This document shows positions 63,719 to 64,000 of a stretch of 64,000 nucleotides of DNA, one piece after another. The position numbers and the translations under genes are program-made. The notes beneath the pieces were generated by a model. That model did not search any database. It was not told the origin of the DNA and saw only the letters and a list, made by a program, of their open reading frames with translations. The stretch's first letter is position 1, and each line of letters starts with the position of its first letter. The DNA is from an uncultured Acidobacteriota bacterium. Lineage in GTDB: Bacteria > Acidobacteriota > UBA4820 > DSQY01. The stretch is taken from NCBI GenBank assembly GCA_963772255.1, contig CAVYWK010000022.1, positions 149,797-213,796 of the forward strand. Direction: 5' to 3'.

Positions 63719-64000
63719 CTTCGCCTCCGCCGAGCAGGAGATACAGCACCGCCATGCGCACCGACACGCCGTTCTCCACCTGGTCCAAGATCACCGAATA
63801 GGGCCCGTCCGCTACCTCCGAGGCGATTTCCACGCCGCGGTTCATGGGGCCCGGATGCATGACGATCACGTCCTTCTCCGCCAGCTTCAGCCTCTCTTCG
63901 GTGAGGCCGTAGCGCTGGTAGTACTCCATGAGCGAGGGGAACATGCCGCGCTTCTGGCGCTCCAGCTGGATGCGAAGCATCATCACCACATCCTTGCCGC
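63702..64000 (-). CDS. pyrB: Aspartate carbamoyltransferase catalytic subunit, C-terminal part (5' end beyond the window)
   Basis: C-terminal ATCase motifs [11 protein letters not shown]...[18 protein letters not shown]. The ORF is open to the window edge. Confidence 0.8.
   Translation of the reverse strand, partial: GKDVVMMLRIQLERQKRGMFPSLMEYYQRYGLTEERLKLAEKDVIVMHPGPMNRGVEIASEVADGPYSVILDQVENGVSVRMAVLYLLLGGGEDVSAH

Overview
This 64 kb window is a high-GC (about 68%) bacterial chromosome segment that is mostly housekeeping. It has an origin-proximal-type block on the minus strand (parA, parB, rsmG, mnmG, mnmE, yidC, yidD, rnpA, rpmH) running straight into a partial F1Fo ATP synthase operon (atpF', atpF, atpH, atpA, atpG, atpD, atpC; no atpB/atpE). 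The conserved tilS-hpt-ftsH-folP and glmU-glmS arrangements, uvrA, radA, pyrB and pyrC are also present. Five tRNAs were found by hand folding: Leu-TAA, Cys-GCA, CAT, Val-TAC, and none others. The clearest accessory content is a three-gene porin-cytochrome module at about 14.9-20.0 kb: an MtrB/PioB-like outer-membrane beta-barrel, an MtrA-like decaheme c-type cytochrome, and a roughly 617 aa multiheme cytochrome. This looks like an extracellular electron-transfer conduit with an unusual gene order. Other accessory items are a Tat-exported Cys-type sulfatase with its radical-SAM maturase, two Sel1-repeat genes, a low-GC foreign segment at the 3' end of tRNA-Leu at the left edge, a near-consensus parS palindrome, and two bactofilins, one immediately downstream of parAB. 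About ten otherwise intact genes, including essential ones (tilS, yidC), show single frame breaks. The large cytochrome has eight or more. This points to an indel-prone assembly or a collapsed paralog rather than true pseudogenes. No CRISPR array, transposase or integrase was seen inside the window.
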